From positions 32,001-96,000 of IMG/VR virus record IMGVR_UViG_2654587976_000001: a DNA stretch of 64,000 bases; one strand, 5' to 3'. This document shows positions 60,133 through 64,000 of this stretch, one piece after another (the stretch's first letter is position 1; each line of letters starts with the position of its first letter). The position numbers were made by a program, and so were the translations under genes. Origin of the DNA: a virus (lineage: Duplodnaviria; Caudoviricetes). The notes under the pieces are model-generated. The model made no database searches and had not been told where the DNA came from. It was given only the letters and a program-made list of their open reading frames with translations.

Positions 60133-61647
60133 TTGCTACAAGACAAAAAAGCAATTATTCAGGTTTTAGGAAGCATACTCAAGGATCCCACAATCTTGTC
60201 TGAAAGCAACAAGTATAGGATTACTTCGGATGATTTCCCTTCAAGATTTCACTCAATACTGTTTTTTGCTATGAGCAACTTATTCCAGCAAGGGACGGAA
60301 GTATTGAATGAGGTTGAGATAGATGGATATCTAAAAGATTACGACATTCAATATAAGATTTTTCATGATAACAATGGCCTTGAATACATCGAGAGAATTC
60401 AAGAGCTGGCTGTAGTCGAAAACTTTGATTACCACTACAAAAGACTAAAAAAGTTTAGTTTGCTCAGAGAAATGAGCGGCTTAGGTTTCGATATCAAGGA
60501 GATTTATGATGAAACTATAATTGATCCAAAAGAACAAGAAAAAATGCAGGAACAGTTTGATAAGAAATCGATTGATGAAATTCTAGCAGCTTATGAAATG
60601 AAGATTGTAGATGTAAAAGAGAAGTTTCGAACCTCATCCGAAAGCGTGGGAATTCAAGGTGGAGAAGGCATTGATGAGTTATTGGATTCTTTTGAGGAGT
60701 CGCCAGATATTGGAGTGCCACTAAACAGCGAAATGCTTACGTCAATTTTCCGCGGATCTCGCAAGAAAAAGTTTTACATTCGCTCAAGCATTACCGGTGG
60801 TGGTAAAACAAGAAATATGGTTGCTGATGCTTGTCGATTAAGTGCAACTGAGTTGTACAACCTTAAAAAGAAGGAGTGGGTGAAAAATCCTTGGAATGAA
60901 AGTTCCACGGTCATCTCAACGGAAATGATGGCAGAGGAATTGCAAAGCTTGGCACTTGCCTATATCAGTGGTGTAGAAGAGAAAAAAATACTCAGAAATA
61001 CTATTAATGAGCAAGAAAAACAGCTTGTGCGCAAAGCTGCAAAAGTTCTTCAAGAGTCCAATATTTGGTTTGAGCATCTTCCAGATTTCAATATCCAGGA
61101 GATCGAGAGAACGATTGAAAAGAATGTAATTAAAAATAATGTTGAGTACATTTACTTTGATTATATTCACTCATCGGTGACAATTTTTTCGGAGATGAGT
61201 AAAAAAAGCGGAGTCAACCTAAGAGAGGATCAAATCCTTTTGCTTATGTCTGATAAGTTAAAGGGCTTATGCAACAAATACGATGTCTATATGATGAGTG
61301 CTACTCAGTTAAATGGTGAATGGAAAGAGGCATGGCAAAAAGGACAAGTTATAGATGCATCTTACCTTAGAGGAAGCAAAGCTATTGCAGATAAGACTGA
61401 TGCTGCAATGATTATTCTCCCTTTAAGCAAAAAAGAGAAGGATGCTATTGATCCGATTTTAAAAGCAGGTTTTTATTCAGAGCCAAATTTTGTTACACAT
61501 GTGTTTAAAAACAGGGGGAATGAGTACGACAAAGTAAAAGTCTTCTCCTATATAAATATGGGAAATATGCGCATCAAGGATTGTTTCACAACAAATCTCG
61601 ATAACGAATTAATTACAGTTGAAAAATTGAATGTTAAAGCAGGATAA
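60133..61647 (+). CDS. yorI: DnaB-like replicative helicase (YorI)
   Basis: TGGGKTR, ISTEM, FDYIH, ATQLN, GSKAIADK and KNR motifs. Confidence 0.88.
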   Translation: MLQDKKAIIQVLGSILKDPTILSESNKYRITSDDFPSRFHSILFFAMSNLFQQGTEVLNEVEIDGYLKDYDIQYKIFHDNNGLEYIERIQELAVVENFDYHYKRLKKFSLLREMSGLGFDIKEIYDETIIDPKEQEKMQEQFDKKSIDEILAAYEMKIVDVKEKFRTSSESVGIQGGEGIDELLDSFEESPDIGVPLNSEMLTSIFRGSRKKKFYIRSSITGGGKTRNMVADACRLSATELYNLKKKEWVKNPWNESSTVISTEMMAEELQSLALAYISGVEEKKILRNTINEQEKQLVRKAAKVLQESNIWFEHLPDFNIQEIERTIEKNVIKNNVEYIYFDYIHSSVTIFSEMSKKSGVNLREDQILLLMSDKLKGLCNKYDVYMMSATQLNGEWKEAWQKGQVIDASYLRGSKAIADKTDAAMIILPLSKKEKDAIDPILKAGFYSEPNFVTHVFKNRGNEYDKVKVFSYINMGNMRIKDCFTTNLDNELITVEKLNVKAG

Positions 61648-61662
61648 GGGGTGTAGCACCCT

Positions 61663-62799
61663 TTGAAATATGATAAGGACAGAATAAAAGAAAGTCTTAC
61701 GCTTGACGATATACATAAAATATTAAAAGAATTGGGTAGCGAAAATAATCAATGGGATCAACAAGGAAACCCAATATACAGAACCGTTTGCCATAACGCT
61801 TCTGGGGGAAGCTACAAGCTGTATTATTATCACGAAGCAAAGCAATTTCATTGCTATACAGAATGTGGAGACACATTCGATGTCTTTGAGCTTGTTATAC
61901 GAGCAAAAAGTCAAAAAGGGATCAATATACCTTTCAATCAAGCCATTGAGTATGTTGCAAGGCTGGCTGGGAGAACATTTGGTTTCGGTAATAGAGAGAC
62001 ATTCACGAATAATGATTTAATTGATGACTGGGAATGGATGGGGAAGTTCAATAAGAAGAAAAAGATAGCCATTGAACTTCCCAGCTTCAATGAAACTGTA
62101 TTAGATGTGTTTATGCCTTATCCTCATCAAATGTGGTTGGAAGAGGGGATAAGCCAGCAAACATTATATGATTTTGAAATTGGCTACTATTTTAGAACTC
62201 ACACAGAAGGGATAACTATTCCACACCGGGACTTAAATAATAGATTGATTGGTATCCGTAGACGATCTCTTATTAAAGAGGAAGTTGATGCCGGTTATAA
62301 ATATATGCCTTTAAAAGTTGGGAACACCTTATATAATCATCAGACCATGATGAATTTATATGGATTACATAGAACAAAAGATTCTATTGAAAGGTTTAAA
62401 AAAGCTTTAATTTTTGAATCAGAAAAGTCTGTATTAAAATGCCAGGATTTTTATGGTGAAGCAAATTTCACATGTGCAGTCTGTTCAAACAACATTTCAA
62501 ATTTTCACCGTGATATCTTACTTTCTCTTGGAGTGGAAGAAGTGTTTATTGCTTTAGATAAATATAGACCACCGAAAGAGCATGAGACAGAGGAGATGTA
62601 TCAACGTAAACTGCTAGAGTATCAGAAAAAAATCTTGAAGCTTGCAGCAAAATTTACGCCGTATGTTCGTGTGTATGTTTTATGGGATTTTGAAAATATG
62701 TTGGATTATAAAGACAGTCCAGCTGATAAGGGAAAAGACGTTTTAGAGGAGTTGATGAGAAGAAAAATTGAAATCAATACGAATGAAGGAGGAATTTAG
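61663..62799 (+). CDS. yorJ: DNA primase (YorJ)
   Basis: CH...CYTEC Zn finger, TOPRIM FESEKS and IALD motifs. Confidence 0.85.
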   Translation: MKYDKDRIKESLTLDDIHKILKELGSENNQWDQQGNPIYRTVCHNASGGSYKLYYYHEAKQFHCYTECGDTFDVFELVIRAKSQKGINIPFNQAIEYVARLAGRTFGFGNRETFTNNDLIDDWEWMGKFNKKKKIAIELPSFNETVLDVFMPYPHQMWLEEGISQQTLYDFEIGYYFRTHTEGITIPHRDLNNRLIGIRRRSLIKEEVDAGYKYMPLKVGNTLYNHQTMMNLYGLHRTKDSIERFKKALIFESEKSVLKCQDFYGEANFTCAVCSNNISNFHRDILLSLGVEEVFIALDKYRPPKEHETEEMYQRKLLEYQKKILKLAAKFTPYVRVYVLWDFENMLDYKDSPADKGKDVLEELMRRKIEINTNEGGI

Positions 62800-64000
62800 T
62801 GGCTTATAAGCTCATTGGCAACAATGATTATAATTTCAATCCATTATCGACAATTTTAAAAAACAGAGGGATTGAAAATCCGAAGAGCTTTATTGATGTG
62901 AACCAGAGCTCAGTCATTCATTTTTCAAAACTCGATAACATTGATAAAGCATCTGATTGTTTAATAAAGCATTTAGAGAATAAAAATAAAATATTTGTTC
63001 AAGTGGATAGCGATGTAGATGGGTACACATCCAGTTCAATCATTATCAATTATATAAAGAAGATTTGTCCGAAAGCAAATATACATTACAGAATTCAAGA
63101 TGGGAAGGAACATGGGATTTTTATTAATACAATTCCTGATGATGTTGACTTAGTCATAATCCCAGACGCAGGTTCAAGTCAATTTGAGGAACATGAGGCT
63201 CTTAATAAGAGAGGCACAGAAATAATTGTTATTGATCACCATGAATGTGAACGAGAGTCTGAACATGCGATCGTAGTAAATAATCAACTTTCACCTAATT
63301 ATTCGAATAAAACTCTAACAGGTGCAGGTATGGCATATAAATTTTGCCAGGCAGTTGATGAAAAGCTAAATAAAAATGAAGCCGAACAATTCTTAGACCT
63401 TGTATCTATTGGTAACATTGCTGATTCGGCTGATTCAAGAAACCTTGAAACCAGGTATTTTATGAATGAAGGCTTGAAGAAAATTAAGCATCCATTATTA
63501 AAGAAGCTGTTTAAGAAGCAAGATTTTTCAACCAAAGGTGACAAGAACATACAGAATACACAGTTCTTTATTAACCCTTTAATTAACGCTGCCATTAGGG
63601 TTGGAAGCAGTGAAGAAAAAGATCAAATGATGAGAGCATTCCTTCTTTCTAAAGAAAAGGTTCCCTACAAAAAACGTGGGCAAAGTGAAACAGAGCTTGT
63701 GTCAATACATGATGACACAGTTAGAATTCTAGGAAATCTAAAAGCTAAGCAGAAACGGATTGCAGATGCAGCTGGAGCGGAAATTAAAAATAGAATAGAG
63801 GAAAAAAGTTTAACAGCGAATAAAGTACTCATTGTTTACATTGAAGGAATTCTAGATAAGAGTCTAACTGGTCTGGTTGCCAATCAGCTTGCAGAAGAAT
63901 ATAAAAAGCCGGTCTTGTTAGCCAGAAACGATCCCGATAAAGGTGAAGATATCTTGAGTGGCTCTATACGTGGGTATGACAAAGGGTTTATAAAGGATTT
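62799..64000 (+). CDS. yorK: RecJ-like DHH single-strand exonuclease (YorK), 3' end beyond the window
   Basis: Not in the ORF track. GTG at 62799, DSDVDG, PDAG and IDHH motifs, GLVANQL and GSIRG in DHHA1. Confidence 0.88.
   Translation, partial: MAYKLIGNNDYNFNPLSTILKNRGIENPKSFIDVNQSSVIHFSKLDNIDKASDCLIKHLENKNKIFVQVDSDVDGYTSSSIIINYIKKICPKANIHYRIQDGKEHGIFINTIPDDVDLVIIPDAGSSQFEEHEALNKRGTEIIVIDHHECERESEHAIVVNNQLSPNYSNKTLTGAGMAYKFCQAVDEKLNKNEAEQFLDLVSIGNIADSADSRNLETRYFMNEGLKKIKHPLLKKLFKKQDFSTKGDKNIQNTQFFINPLINAAIRVGSSEEKDQMMRAFLLSKEKVPYKKRGQSETELVSIHDDTVRILGNLKAKQKRIADAAGAEIKNRIEEKSLTANKVLIVYIEGILDKSLTGLVANQLAEEYKKPVLLARNDPDKGEDILSGSIRGYDKGFIKD

Larger units (their letters stand above)
1..64000. 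mobile_element. SPbeta/phi3T-like temperate Bacillus phage or prophage (interior segment, no att sites in window)
   Basis: Gene order matches SPbeta: head genes, HU, YonO RNA polymerase, yonT, arbitrium aimR-aimP-aimX, yopP-yopR, ligB, yoqW, yoqZ, yorE-yorK. Confidence 0.95.

Noticed and set aside
63299-63595. 98 aa minus-strand ORF and the many other short opposite-strand or nested ORFs in the track
   Set aside because: Shadow ORFs of well-supported genes (here yorK)
1-64000. tRNA/rRNA genes, IS elements, att sites
   Set aside because: No cloverleaf, rRNA-like sequence, transposase or host-phage junction recognised by eye

Overview
The whole window is the interior of an SPbeta/phi3T-like temperate Bacillus (pro)phage. 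From 1 to about 16 kb on the minus strand lie the head and packaging genes, HU, and the single-subunit YonO RNA polymerase. YonO is split by an ORF-less group I intron at 13355-13685. A ~1.4 kb hairpin-rich non-coding tract sits between the HU gene and the late operon. From ~16 kb on the plus strand come a TubR/TubZ-like pair, the yonT/SR6 type I TA locus and a variable accessory region. These are followed by a phi3T-type arbitrium module (AimR, AimP-SAIRGA, AimX), the yopP-yopQ-yopR repression operon, a second variable early region, and the yorE-yorK replication genes. The most notable unexplained feature is a family of about 20 quasi-palindromic 28-bp sites with consensus TCTAAATAAAA-N6-TTTTAAACAGA. 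They have the 11-6-11 architecture of a tyrosine-recombinase core site and a freely variable spacer. They sit at accessory-gene junctions, often supplying the stop codon, and bracket single genes like integron or pdif cassettes. All calls were made by eye and from recalled family knowledge, with no database searches.
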